A stretch of DNA of 64,000 nt, taken from Octopus bimaculoides. Taxonomy: Eukaryota. Every line of letters begins with the position of its first letter. The first letter of the stretch is position 1. The notes beneath the pieces were generated by a model. The model did no database searches and was not told where the DNA came from. It saw nothing but the letters and a program-made list of their open reading frames with translations. Made by a program: the position numbers and the translations under genes. Location: contig NC_068984.1 of assembly GCF_001194135.2 (NCBI RefSeq), forward strand, positions 93,510,359 to 93,574,358. Reading direction: 5' to 3'. This document shows positions 13,071-25,640 of this stretch, piece by piece.

Positions 13071-13914
13071 CTGTCAGGATACAGTAGTAAAATATCAACA
13101 ACAACAGAAAAAAAAAAAAAATCCTAAAATAAAAAAAAATAGCAGGAAAAGATAGCAAATTTTATGCTGAAGAGAGGTGGGCTCAACATTTCAGTTGAAG
13201 GTTCTTTGTGAAGAAAAAAACAAAGAAAAAGGAAAATAAGGTGCATGTTATGTATGTGCATGGGGAAGTGTATGTGTAGGAGAATGTGTGAGTATGTGTT
13301 GCTATTTAGTAGGTACAGTGCATAATGGCATGTATGTATGACAGTTGGTATGTGTGTGTGTGAAGAGATGACAGTTTGTGAAGAGTACAAGGTGCACAAA
13401 CAGATGTGTGGGAAAATGTTAGGAGGAAAGAAATGAAAATGACAAATATTAATTTTGGTAGGCTGTATACAGATCACAGTGCAAGTAGATGATCAATGAT
13501 CTATGGTTTAAAACCTCTTTATCAGTGCAAGTTATAATTACTTTATTATTTCATTTCATTATCTATCTAAACACAGTTTCGTTTTCCATGCCATATGTTT
13601 AGCGAAAAAAAACTTAAGATGCTTATGCTCAATCCAACTCTCCCTCTTTCTCCCTTTCTTTCACGCTCATTTATTCCTTCATTTATCTAATTTTGTCACA
13701 GTTAAGAATGCAAATGCCCAATTCTATCTCATTATTATTATTACTATTCTTTCACACCGGTAGCCTGAGGTTCCTGCGTTTTTGCTGTTTCGCAGTGTGC
13801 CCAACCGACCCACCCCCGCCACTTGTACTAGAAGTCTTTATCCACTGACCTCTATCAGATGTCTTTCTCTTGAACGCCTCCAAAGGCTTAATGTTCCCCC
13901 ACCCCTATTTACGG

Positions 13915-16900
13915 CTTATCTCCTATGTAATGTAGAGATCATGTAGTACATAAAATGATGGTGTAGTGTATTCAGGTTGAAGGCTGTTGTATGTTTATGA
14001 GTTCTGCCAAATGTGAGCTTTCTTTTCAGGTACATCCCAGGGTCTCCCCGGACCACACCTTCCACACCCTCAGAGTTGGCACATTGAAAGGTAGATCTAG
14101 TGAGATTGTTGAGATGCTTGAACAGAGATGTGTAGATTTGTGCTGCATCCAAGAAGTAAGGTGGAGAGGAAGTTCTGCTAGGTTCCTCACAGGCTGGGTA
14201 GGGAACACTGATGGGGTTAGGGTGTGGGTATATTTCTTGCACAAAAATGGGTTGATAAGGTAATCAAGGTAGTCAGAGTCTGTAATAGAATACTTAAGCT
14301 TAGATTAGTGCTGCAGCATGGATTAGCAACCATTATCTTGGCCTATGCCCCTCAGCCAGGGCTAGAATAGAAAGACTGATTTTATGACATCTTCTTGCAG
14401 ACTACTTTGTCGATGAATGACAGGGACTTTCTCTTTGTGGCTGGCATCTTCAATGGGTATGTTGGACAACATGCAGGGGTCTTCCATGACATACATGGTG
14501 GCTGTGGTTTTGGTTCCCGCAATGAGGAAGGAACCAGGCTGCTGGAGTTCTGCGATGCAAATGATCTTATGGGTTGTAATACTAACTTCAGGAAACTTGC
14601 CAGTCACCTACTACCTACCAGTTTGGTGGACACACTAGTCAAATTGACATCCTCGCCAGGAAATGGGAAAGAAGGCTACTTATAAATGCCAAAACCTTCC
14701 TAGGTTAAGAATGCACCTTGCAACATAGATTAGTAGTTAGCAACTTCAGGATCAGGGCTAAATGGATGCGCAGAAGATGACCAGCATGGAAAAGAATGGT
14801 CTGGAAGCTTAAGGATCCTCTGAATGGACAGAGATTTAGAGATGTATTACTTGAAGCTTTTGACAAAACAGAGGAGGATATAGCATCACATGATGTGGAA
14901 GACAACTGGAGGTTCCTACAGGACAACCTATTGAGGGCTCCTGACCAGATCTGTGGATGGCACAAAGTCCCCTCTTGACCCAAGGTGATGTGGTGGGGGA
15001 ACAATATAGTTGACAGGGCTATTAAAGAAAAGAAACAGGCATGGAATGACTGAAAGAATGGTGGTAGCAGGGAATTGTATCAGATTGCCAGAAGGGAAGC
15101 TAGGAGAAAGGTTTACTAAGGCAGAGGGGAAGCAGATAAGAAAAAATTTGCCAATGTTCTGCGTCATGAGGATCGAAGACTTGACGTGTGTCATGTTGCA
15201 AGACAGTGTGTCAGAGAGAATCGTGATGTCATAGGAGAGAAATGTGTCCGCATGGATGATGGTACACTTGCTTTTAATGATTCTGCAAAGAAAGAGACTT
15301 AGAGATGCCACTATGAAAGGTTGCTAAATGAAGAGAATGAATAGGAGAATGAGAGTCTGCTGAATGTCAACCCAACAGAGGGACCAGCTATCCGAATTGA
15401 CAGTACCTTGGCAGATAAAGCAATTAAGGATATAAAGACAGGGAAAGTCCCCGGTCCATCAGGAATCACTGCAGAGATGCTTAAAATATCTGGCGGTGTC
15501 AGCTATAGTCTAGTTACCTATATAACTGCAGAGATGCTTAAAATATATGACGGTGTCGGATATAGTCTAGTTACCCATATAACCGCAGAGATGTTTAAAA
15601 TATCCGGCAGTGTCAGCTATAGTCCAGTTACTCATATAGTCAATCAGATGATACATGAGTGAGTCATACACAATGACTTCTGTAGCAGCACCATAGTTAA
15701 CTGCTACAAAGGTAAAGGTGATGCATTAGATACAAATAATTACAGAGGTATCAAGTTGTTGCATTAGGTAATGAAAGTCACAGAGAGGGTCAAAGCCCAA
15801 CTAATTAGGGAACAAGTCAGTTTAGATGAAATGCAGTTTGGGTTCGTGCCAGGAAAAAGCACCACTGATGCTATATTTCTAGTAAGACAGCTGCAGGAGA
15901 AATACCCAGCCAAAGATAAACCTCTTTACTTGGCTATTGTTGACATGAAAAAAGCCTTTGTTAGGGTCCCCTGATTTCTTATGTGGTAGTCAATGCAGAA
16001 ACTAGGGATAGATGAGTGGATAGTGAGAGCGGTACAAGCCATGAAGATGAGGGTTGGCAACAAGTGAAGAATTTCGGATAGGGGTCCACCAAAGATAAGT
16101 TCTCATCTCCCTCTTATTCATCATAGTCTTCCAGGCAATTACAGAGGAATTCAAGACAGGATACCCCTGGTCATCTCTATGCTGATGACCTTGCTCTAAC
16201 AGCTGAGTCACTATCAGAACTAGAGGAGAACTTTCAGGTGTGGAAGCAAGCATTAGAACTGAAGGGCCTTAAAGTCAGCCTAGCAAAAACCAAAGTCTTA
16301 ATAAGTAGGAAGGCAGACAAATCACAAATACCTTCATGTAGACGGCCCTGCTTGTTCTGTAGAAAAGGCATAGGCAGAAACTCCATAAGATGTACCCGGT
16401 GTAAGCTATAGACACATAAGAGGTGCAGCAATATTAAAGGAAGGCTAACTGGAAAGATAGTTTTGTGTGTGGCAAATGCTCAGGGACAATAAACACTGAA
16501 AATATGCAGAAAACAGCTTCTGTCACATGCCAGAGGGAAAAACTAGAAGTAGTTGATAGTTTCCTTTACCTAAGAGACCAAGTCAGTAGCAGAGGTGGAT
16601 GCTTTGAGCTTGTAGCTGCTAGAATAAGAATAGCCTGGGCAAAGTTCAGAGACAAAGAGCCTCTCCCTCAGAGTAAAAGGTAGACTGTATGACGCATGTG
16701 TGCAAACAACTACATGGCAGTGAAACATGGGCCATGACTGAGGACATGCGTAAGCTTGCAAGAAATGAAGCTGGTATGCTCCACTGGATGAGTAATGTCA
16801 GTGTGCATACATGACAGAGTGTAAGCACCTAAAGGAAAAGTTGGACATCAGAAGCATCGGATGTGGTGTGAAAGAGAGACAGCTGCACTGGTATAGATGA

Positions 16901-17440
16901 GGACAGCTGTGTGAAAAAGTGTCACACCCTAGCAGTAGAGGGAACCTGTGGAAGAGGTAGACCCAGAAAGACCTGGGATGTGGTGGTGAAGCATGACCTT
17001 TGAATGTTGGGCCTCACGGAGGCGATGAAAAGTGACCAAGACCTTTGGAGAAATGCTGTGATTGAGAAGACCCGGCAAGCCAAGTGAGACCGTAACCATG
17101 GCCTATGCCAGTGTAGCATAACTGGCCCATTTAAGAGCATCCTTCAATCACTGGGCAATAAACTGTTCTTGCAAAGACCTGTTGAGTCAAGTGAAGTCGT
17201 GGCCGACTGACACCTGTGCTGGTGGCACATAAAAAGCCCCATTCGAGCGTGGTCGATGCCAGTGGCACGTAAAAAGCACCCACTACACTGTCGGAGAGGT
17301 TGGCGTTAGGAAGGGCATCCAGCTGTGTAGAAAATTGTCAGATCAGATTGGAGCCTGGCACAGCCTTCTGGCTTGCCAGTCCTCAGTCAAACCCAATCCC
17401 GTATGGAAAGTGGACATTGAACGACAATGATGATGACGAT
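13915..17440 (+). mobile_element. RTE-clade LINE, near full length, degenerate (copy A)
   Basis: APE endonuclease (LRVGTLKGRSSEIVEML, CCIQEVRWRG), RT (QFGFVPGKSTTDAIF, YADD at ~16180), PHD-like finger, 3' UTR ending in (GAT)n. Many stops and frameshifts. The 5' boundary is approximate. Confidence 0.9.
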
Positions 17441-17599
17441 AGGGATCAAGTAGAGTAAAATAGGAATCAAAGGAATCCATAGGCATAAAACAGTTGAAAA
17501 CCACTGCTTTAAATGAAGAGATGGACACTAGCAAAAGCAGGAAAAAAAAAAAAAAATTCAAGTGGGATCTAACCAAAATGTTACACAGACTACAGTGGT

Positions 17600-18158
17600 A
17601 TTTTAAGAAAGGAACTTCAGAGAAGTGGGAAGTGGTAGAGTCAGACTGGAAAAAGACAGATGTACTGGAGGATGATGTGCCGTAACGATAAGGTGTTAGG
17701 ATGAAGGTGAGGGGAAGGGAAGGTTGTTATGAGACATGAAGGTAGAAGTATGGTCAATAATGCATGGAAAATGATGTCAACAGTGGGTTGGGGATAACTA
17801 TGTTGTGAAGTAACAGATCATTTGGTGCAGTCATAACCATACAGGTAGCAGGGGTGAAGGGATTGCAAGTAAAAGATAACATAGTTGATGTGAGTCAAGT
17901 AGGAAGAAGTGACAGCAAGTTTGGAGTGGGAATCAGTGAGTTTGTAAAAGACAGAGGTAGAGAGGCTAGGCTAATCAGTAGAAATAGAGATGTTCAAGAA
18001 GTTGTAGTAATGGGGAATGTAAAATCTAATGCACAGTAGGAGTTGACAAATGTGATGAAGATAAGCTGTTCACTGATAAGTGAAGTGGCAGTAACAAATC
18101 ATCACCTGTATAGCTTGGGAGAGAAGTCCAGTGAACTAAGGGAAGAAATGTCCTCATT
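17600..18158 (-). mobile_element. Penelope-like RT fragment
   Basis: Minus-strand peptide FLNISIST..LSTSVFYKLTDSHS matches the Penelope RT motif FLDxxI...YxKPTDSH. Confidence 0.6.
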
Positions 18159-18553
18159 ATAGTTGTTACACGTTCATATTTATGTGAATGCATAGGTATA
18201 CGTATATATGAATACATCCCCACTAGTAGTACTATTTTGTTAAGCGCATCTACAAAGCAGTATGGACTGTGTCTAAGGCAGATACGCACAGTGTGTATCA
18301 CTCCGCTATATATACTGTTTGTAAACATGTGAAGTAAATAAACACTTAGAATCATAACAACGCCTTCAATGAGTTGTTTATTATCCGAACACGAACAAAA
18401 GAATACATAACATGGTGGTAGCAATAAATACTTAATCGAAAACTGTGCCTTTACAACAAAACAGGAAAACAACAAACCTGAAATTTAACAAACTGAATAT
18501 CGCTTCGTCTTCGAGGACACACAGACACACACACACGCGCGCAAGGATCAGAA

Positions 18554-19620
18554 ATGGCAGCCCCCGTCGCCGTACAGATGAATCTACATCCAACCATGAA
18601 CTGGGACGCGGATGATATCGTGGAAGTGTTCAAGAAATTCAAACAGAAAACTCAACTGGCTTTCAGAAGCTTCCTGAAAGGTACAACTGCAGATGAAAAG
18701 GTAAGCTACATCCTTTTATGGGCGGGAGAGAAGGGCCTAGACCTATTCAATAGTTGGGACATGTCAGAATCAGATTGCAATAATCCAGACAAACTTTTAG
18801 AGAAATTTGAAAGGCACATAGAGCCCAGATCAAACCATAGAATTCATAGGTATGAATTCCAGGGCCTGAAATAAGACATACAAGAAACGATTGACAACTT
18901 CCTGTCCAGACTAAAGAATGTTGCCGAGAAATGCAGATTCAAAGACAAGGACGAAAGGATTGTTGATCAACTTATATGAGGGTGTGCTCATAAAGAAGTC
19001 CAGAAATCCCTCATCTCCAGTTGGCAGAAGCAGTAGACACTGCAAGAGCATTCGAAGTCACTACCAAACAAATGGCCTCACTTACTTTACAAACAAACAC
19101 AATAGGCAGCAGTGTAAAAATTCTATCTAGACAAAGGACGAAACATACCCACAAACAGAGAACATGCCAGTACTGTGGTACAGAGCATGAGTTCAATGAC
19201 CGGAGGAAATGTCCTGCATTCGGTACACACTGCAAAGCATGTGGAAAGCCCAACCACTGGGANNNNNNNNNNNNNNNNNNNCAGAAGCAGTAGACACTGC
19301 AAGAGCATTCGAAGTCACTACCAAACAAATGGCCTCACTTACTTTACAAACAAACACAATAGGCAGCAGTGTAAAAATTCTATCTAGACAAAGGACGAAA
19401 CATACCCACAAACAGAGAACATGCCAGTACTGTGGTACAGAGCATGAGTTCAATGACCGGAGGAAATGTCCTGCATTCGGTACACACTGCAAAGCATGTG
19501 GAAAGCCCAACCACTGGGAAAAAATGTGTAGACTAACAAAATCTCACAAATACAAACCCCAATTTTCAAAGAAGAGCTGTAAGACAAAGAGATACACATG
19601 CCCAACATCAGGAAGAAAAC
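18554..19620 (+). pseudogene. Gypsy gag with Zn knuckle, interrupted
   Basis: ORF 18554-18874 followed by in-frame stops and CCHC motifs. A 240-bp duplication spans the N-gap at 19263-19281. Confidence 0.85.
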
Positions 19621-19638
19621 ACCTCAGAGGAGGAATTC

Positions 19639-20328
19639 TTGGCAGTTGGCACAATAAATGTACATGAGATGGGAAATGACAACCAGAAAAAAAATGAGGC
19701 ATATACAACAATACAAATTCAAAAGAAGTCAGGCAAGAAACGAATAAACATTGACTTAAAGCTAAAGATTGACAGTGGAGCCCAGAGTGATATCTTACCT
19801 GTCAACCTCTACAAAAAGATGTTCCCAGAACACATGATACAAGAGGATAAAGTCAAAGAAGGAATCCTCACACCAAATGATGTAATCCTCACTGCATACG
19901 GAGGTATCAGGATTCCACAACTGGGCATAACAACCATCACAGGGACACACAAAGGAAAAATAATCAAGTGTTCTTTTTATGTCACCAGAATAGAAGGACC
20001 TGCAATTCTTGGACTTGATACCTGTCAAAAGCTTAATATTGTGTCAATCAACGGTGAAGTGAAGGCAGCTCCAAGCAGGATTGACAGAGATATGCCTATC
20101 AAAAACCGACCATCAATCACAAATAAAGAAGAACTGATAAGCATGTACCCAGAATGCTTTGACGATACTGTCAGGTGCTTTGAGAAATGTCGATACCACA
20201 TAACAGTCGACCCCAATGCCAAACCAATTGTCCACCCACCTCGCCGCGTTCCACTAGAACTAAAAGAGAAGCTGAAGGCAGAGTTAGACAGAATGAAAAA
20301 AAAGGATCTTTTGGCAATGAAAAAATAG
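19639..20328 (+). CDS. Gypsy aspartic protease plus RT N-terminal stub
   Basis: LKIDSGAQSDIL protease motif, then PIVHPPRRVPLELKEKLKAELDRM (start of RT), then an abrupt break. Confidence 0.85.
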   Translation: MAVGTINVHEMGNDNQKKNEAYTTIQIQKKSGKKRINIDLKLKIDSGAQSDILPVNLYKKMFPEHMIQEDKVKEGILTPNDVILTAYGGIRIPQLGITTITGTHKGKIIKCSFYVTRIEGPAILGLDTCQKLNIVSINGEVKAAPSRIDRDMPIKNRPSITNKEELISMYPECFDDTVRCFEKCRYHITVDPNAKPIVHPPRRVPLELKEKLKAELDRMKKKDLLAMKK

Positions 20329-20353
20329 AAGTAATCTCTCTTATACTAATGGA

Positions 20354-21403
20354 TTGTCAGCGCAAGGGTGGCAATCCTGCAGCAGAAACCGATGCCGCAT
20401 CTGTCAAAAGTACAGAAACTCACAACAAAAGGAGGAAATGATATCCAGTGACATTCCAAGAAGGCCATGGCAAACTATTGGAGTAGATCTGTTCACAGAG
20501 AACCAAGAATGGTACTTGATTATGGTCTGCTACTACTCCAAATTCCCATTTGTGAGTAAAGTGAAAGACCTGAGAGCCAAAACAATAATTACAGTGGCTC
20601 GAGGACTTCTAGCAGAGCAAGGAATACCAGAGCAGATCATATGTGACAATGGAACCCAGTTCACATCTCAGGAATTCAAAAAGCTAGCTGATGAGTATGG
20701 GTTCAACATTGTAACCTCATCTTCACGCTACCCCAAAGGTCATGGATTCATAGAAAGACAGGTGCAGACAGTCAAGAGAACACTAGTCAAATGCCGAGAA
20801 ACCAAGGAAGACCCACACCTGGCTCTTTTGTCCCTACGAGCAACACCACTGAGAGCTGACATGAAATCCCCAGTAGAAATGCTGAATGGCAGGAAATATA
20901 AAACCACTCTGCCAACTAAGATTCAACCTCCTATTGACCAGGAAGAGACAAGGGCAAAGCTAGCAGCCACTCAGGAACAAGCACAGAAATATTACAACAA
21001 ACATTCACAATATTTACCTGAGATACTTGGACGACAACATGTGCATACTCAAGATCCTATAACCAAAACATGGATCCCAGCACAAGTTGTCAGTAGAGCT
21101 GAAACTCCAAGATTGTTCATTATAGAAGCTGAATCTGGTAGGCAGCTGAGATGTAACAGGGCCCACATCTGCCCAACATCAAAGCTATCGAGGATAACAT
21201 GCGCAACACCTGTAGCATCAGTGACAACACCAACAAGAACTACAACACCCACAGCAGATAACGGCACAAACAGAATCCTTGTTTCCACAGAATCATCACC
21301 CCAACGGGCACCAACCACCCATCAGCAGCCCAACAACACACCTCAGAGCACAAGATCCACCAGATGGAGACCGAACATTTTACCACTGATTCAATACCAT
21401 TAA
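20354..21403 (+). CDS. Gypsy integrase (349-codon open frame; N-terminal HH of the HHCC missing)
   Basis: CRIC, PWQTIGVDLF, ICDNGTQF, GFIERQVQTVK (DDE core) and a GPY/F-like region. No in-frame ATG until ~20438. Confidence 0.85.
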   Translation: MSAQGWQSCSRNRCRICQKYRNSQQKEEMISSDIPRRPWQTIGVDLFTENQEWYLIMVCYYSKFPFVSKVKDLRAKTIITVARGLLAEQGIPEQIICDNGTQFTSQEFKKLADEYGFNIVTSSSRYPKGHGFIERQVQTVKRTLVKCRETKEDPHLALLSLRATPLRADMKSPVEMLNGRKYKTTLPTKIQPPIDQEETRAKLAATQEQAQKYYNKHSQYLPEILGRQHVHTQDPITKTWIPAQVVSRAETPRLFIIEAESGRQLRCNRAHICPTSKLSRITCATPVASVTTPTRTTTPTADNGTNRILVSTESSPQRAPTTHQQPNNTPQSTRSTRWRPNILPLIQYH

Positions 21404-22112
21404 AAGAGAAAATGTAATAAAACAACTATTTCTGCTAGATTAGGAAGCAGAAAACCATGTGTGGGCAGAATAATCTCATGGTTTCTGCTGCAGGATTGCC
21501 ACCCTTGCGCTGACAATCCATTAATATAAGGGAGATTAATTCTATTTTTTCATTGCCAAAAGATCCTTTTTTTTACATGTTCATATCTATGTGCATGTGT
21601 AGGTATACGTACATATGAATACATCCCCATTAGTACTACTATTTTGTTAAGCGCATCTACTAAGCGGTATGAACTGTGTCTAAGGCAGATACGCACAGTG
21701 TGTATCACTCCGCTATATATACTGTTTGTAAACATGTCAAGTAAATAAACACGTAGAATCATAATAATGCCTTCAGTGAGTTGTTTATTATCCCAACACG
21801 AACAAAAGAATACATAACAATAGTAAATATTATTTTGTGAAATTATTCTACAAATACCAATTGAAAATAATATAGGGCATAAGAGAGCTGTTTTCTCTTA
21901 CATATTTCTATTGCTATCTTGGAAACAGTTTATTTGAGTATTCTGTGGTAGATTCCCCCTTTTCTTAATGTATTCTGTATCTATAGATCTTTAGTCTTTT
22001 TCAATTCAAGATTTATCATCCACACAAAAAAATAACTAACAACACTTTGCAGTATCATAAAGGGTACAAAATTTGAGATGAAAGAGAAAGGAGAACTGAA
22101 ATAGAGACAGAC

Positions 22113-22207
22113 CTTATTAAAAAAGGTTTTTTAAAAATAATATTCAGTAGCCATAGTGATACAAGCTTTATATCCTGGAAATTTGAAGGCACTTCATTGA
22201 TGTCATT
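22113..22207 (-). CDS. NCAPG2: Host gene exon (95 nt, phase 0-2): NDINEVPSNFQDIKLVSLWLLNIIFKKPFLI(R)
   Basis: Acceptor ttgttatctgcag, donor AG|GTCTGT. Parallels the recalled SDVEELTPPEHLSDLPPFSRCLIGIIIKSSNVVR. Confidence 0.7.
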
Positions 22208-22844
22208 CTGCAGATAACAATAAAAATTGGTTAGTAAAGGGATTAGCACAATTTTGACTATATAATTGAGTGATTCAAAAATATATTTAGCTGCAAAATA
22301 CAATATGAATCATCAATATTGCATAAATTCCATTTTAATTTTATTCTGGTTGCTAGATAAAAATATTTAAGCCATTAAAAATATAATTTAGTGCTTATAC
22401 TATAAAAATCTTAACCCCTTCATAACATGTGTCTAATAAGCATATAACTCTTTCTGAACATATATGAAGCAAATTTGGTTATAAAACTTAATACTTTAAA
22501 TTAAACAAATATTAAATGCAAATGTTACTTTTTCAAAATTTTCACAAATGAGACTATGTGAAACAGTAAAATGGAGTGATTGGCATTGTATACATAGAAT
22601 TTCAGTTTCTATCTACTTTCATTGTTCAACATTATGCATAAATAATCTTATTTGGCAGAGTAACTACATTATTAAAGAGTTTCTAATTTAAAACAAATTC
22701 AAGGGCAAATTGTAGAAATGTTTGACTTTCTGTTACATCATTGCATATTTATTTTTAAAAACATCTTAACTATACAACAACATTCTTGGAATAATAATAT
22801 TAAAAAATAAATAAAATTCAAACTATGCAAGAATTTTACAATAC

Positions 22845-22988
22845 CTGCTCACTAGCAAAAGAAAGTTCTGAAAGAATTGCAGTTAAAATAGTCTGAAAGA
22901 AGCAACTTAACATTGTTCCTCTGTGAGTAGAAAATTCATAGATTGTTGATAGAAGATTTGACATGTGTAACCTTGAAGAATTCAAAAT
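22845..22988 (-). CDS. NCAPG2: Host gene exon (144 nt, phase 0-0): ILNSSRLHMSNLLSTIYEFSTHRGTMLSCFFQTILTAILSELSFASEQ
   Basis: Acceptor tttttattacag, donor CAG|GTATTG. Length and pattern match the recalled LLYSVQRPLHEF...VVEISHQLRK segment. Confidence 0.75.
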
Positions 22989-23141
22989 CTGTAATAAAAA
23001 CAAGTTAAAAGAAAAATAAACATCAGTTAAATAATATTTTCTTTCCTTATATTGAAGAAATTTCATTCCTCTGAGAAAAAAAATTGTGAAGTTTCATTTA
23101 ATAAAAGACACTTATGTTTGATGACAGTCATATCTGATTAA

Positions 23142-23338
23142 CCTTTTAGCATTCAGATTATTCTGTCAAATGTAATGTTCATATATTCATATTGTTTTGA
23201 ATCAAACATGCATTATCTTCTAACTTTGAGATTTTAGAAGGACATTGTAGGAAAGGTGTGAGAGGCTGCATTCGATTGGTTTGAACATAAAACACATAGA
23301 ATATTTAGGCAGGACATGGTGGTTTGAATGCTAAAGGG
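23142..23338. mobile_element. piggyBac-type MITE (197 bp)
   Basis: TTAA on both sides. TIR CCTTTTAGCATTCA / TGAATGCTAAAGGG. Confidence 0.88.
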
Positions 23339-23457
23339 TTAACATATTCCTCACCATTGGCATAGGTCAAAATTATCAATATAAATTTTCTACGTGGTAC
23401 AGCAGTATATCCGTTTGTTTGTCTGTCTGTCTTTCTATTTATATTTACATATACATA

Positions 23458-23770
23458 TTACTTTTACTTGTTTCAGTCATACTTCTGCAGCCAGGCTGGG
23501 GCACTGCCCTGAGGAGTTCAGACAAACAAACACCTCTAGCTAGTAATTTTTAAAGTTTGGTATTTTATTCTCTTGGCCTCTTTTTACCAAATCACAAAGT
23601 CACAGGAATGTTAACAAACCATCAAATATGTCAACTGAGGGAGTGAGGAACAAACTTATACCTATTGTATAACAAGGTTCCACATAATTTGTCAACCAAA
23701 TTCACTCACACAGCATCGGTTAGCCCAAAGTGTCACGCAATCATTTGGTTGCAAAGCAAGCTTAACCACA
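23458..23770 (-). mobile_element. Degenerate tRNA-derived SINE
   Basis: Begins ttttacttgtttcagtca, like the copies at 31173, 37532 and 40864. Confidence 0.6.
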
Positions 23771-23799
23771 CACACACACATGCATGCATGCATGTATGT

Positions 23800-24630
23800 A
23801 TGTCATTATTCAGTTTTATTTCAAGATTTCTAACCAATAGAGAAAGAACCGGTTTCTAACCTAGATCCAAGGCTCCTTCATTGGAATTTCAACATCAGCA
23901 ATAGAGTATCTTTGTATGTATATATACATGCATATTGTATGTTTTGCTTTATGTATGTATTCTTATGCCTATAGTTGCATGTCTAGACATGCACATATGT
24001 ACTTAAATGATGAACTTCTGGAAAGTTTTACAGGTTTTTACAGTTCCAGTGATGGCTTGGATCTGTAATCTTTGAATCAGCTTTCACCTTTCTAATTTTG
24101 AGAAGCCTAATTTCTCAAGATTAGTACTTAAGCAGTGCCCCAATTACTTAACTTGTAATCTGGAAAGAGTAACTGTAGATTTCTCAATAGTTCAGCATAG
24201 GTACTCTCTTTTTCACTGATCTTCAGCTTTGACATTCACAGGGCAGCTGATTTCCACAACTGTACACCGTTTCTCTTCTCTATCCCAAATCATTATCTAT
24301 AGTGTTCACATTTTGAGGTTTTCACTGGAACATTTTACCAGTACTCCTTTTTATTATAAGTAGCTATGGTTTCTACCATACTGTGGGTTCTTATTTCTTT
24401 GTCCTTGGAGTTGTCCTTCCAATGGATTTCATTATATAGTGTCCTAGCTACAACATTATGTCTCATTGGTAGATGATACCATGATAACACTTTCAGACAA
24501 CTGCTTATGGTGTGGGTGATATCGTCAGTGATAACTCCACTAAGTCTGCATCAGTTATCTCATTTTACATAGGCTCCAAGTCAGTTTCTAACTTAGAGCC
24601 AAGGCTCCTTCAATGAAATTTCTACATCAA
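23800..24630 (-). mobile_element. RLE-type (R4/Dong/CRE-like) non-LTR retrotransposon 3' fragment
   Basis: Minus-strand peptides CRL...DITHTISSC, MRHNVVARTLY, DIMIWDREEKRCTVVEISCP (Zn knuckle, RHN, PD-(D/E)xK-like endonuclease). Decayed. Confidence 0.7.
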
Positions 24631-25199
24631 TTGTGTGTGTGTGTGTGTGTCTTTATATATATATTCATAAATGTATGGCATATAAATATATAATATTCAC
24701 ATACATATATGATATAGAAATATATATACATGCATTGTGAACTCTCCTCTACTGTAGAAGACAGATAATGATCCTTCTACCCACACAGATTCATTTATAA
24801 TGATCAAAATATCTGCGCTGTAGATTAGAACACTCTCTTCATGAAAGCAACATTGCCAGTATGGTTGCATGAAATACAACACATTAAATGTAAACATGGT
24901 TACAACACAATGCCCAGTCCAGGAATGGAAACCATGACCTAATCTCCTAAAAATCCTAAGCACACATCTATTCTAATATGTATACATATACAGGATGGCA
25001 TAATCATTAGCATGCTAGGCAAAATGTTTAGCAGCATTTTATCTGTTTTTACGTTCTGAGCCCAAATTCTTCTAAGGTTGATTTGCCTTTCATCCTTACA
25101 ATCAGTACCAGTTGAGCATTGGGGTCAATGTAATCAACTTGCCCCACCCTTCAAAATTGCTGGCCATCTACCAAATCTAAAACCAATGTACATGCGTAT

Positions 25200-25640
25200 G
25201 TATCATGTGTGTGTGTGTGTGGGGGGGGGGGTGCTCTGAGAGTGTAGCAGCTAGAATAAGAATAGGCTGGGCAAAGTTCAGAGAGCTCCTACCTCTGCTG
25301 GCAACTAAGGGCTTCTCATTCAGGATAAAACATAGACTGCATGATGCATGTGTGCAAACTGTCATGCTACATGGCAGTGAAACATGGGCCATGACTGCTG
25401 AGGACATGCATAGGCTTGAAAGAAATGAAGCTAGTATGATCCACTGGATGTTTAATGTCAGTGTGCATATACAACAGAGTGCAAGCATCCTGAGAGAAAA
25501 GTTGGACATAAGAAACATCAAATGTGGTGTGCTAGAGACAGGCCTGCCTGACTGGCTCCTGTGCCAGTGGTATGTAAAAAGCACCCACTACACTCTCAGA
25601 GTGGTTGGCGTTTGGAAGGGTATCCAGCTGTAGAAACATT
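25200..25640 (+). mobile_element. RTE LINE 3' fragment (copy B)
   Basis: GGGCSESVAARIRIGWAKFRELLPLL...MLHGSETW peptide plus the family 3' UTR segment. Confidence 0.85.

Larger units (their letters stand above)
18164..21819 (+). mobile_element. Gypsy/Ty3 LTR retrotransposon 1 (gag-protease-integrase; RT/RNase H missing)
   Basis: LTRs 18164-18412 and ~21571-21819 (~249 bp, TGTTACA...ACA). TSD ATAGT at 18159-63 and 21820-24. PBS-like TGGTGGTAGC. Gag with CCHC knuckle CKACGKPNHWEKMC, protease KIDSGA, integrase core. Confidence 0.93.

Noticed and set aside
19021-19520. Apparent 240-bp tandem duplication in Gypsy gag, giving two Zn-knuckle blocks
   Set aside because: The copies are identical and separated by a 19-nt N-gap, the typical signature of unmerged overlapping contig ends.
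23846-23890. Hammerhead-like fold in the RLE 3' UTR (CCAATGA...GAAACCGGTT on the minus strand)
   Set aside because: Two core mismatches and no clean stem I in this copy.
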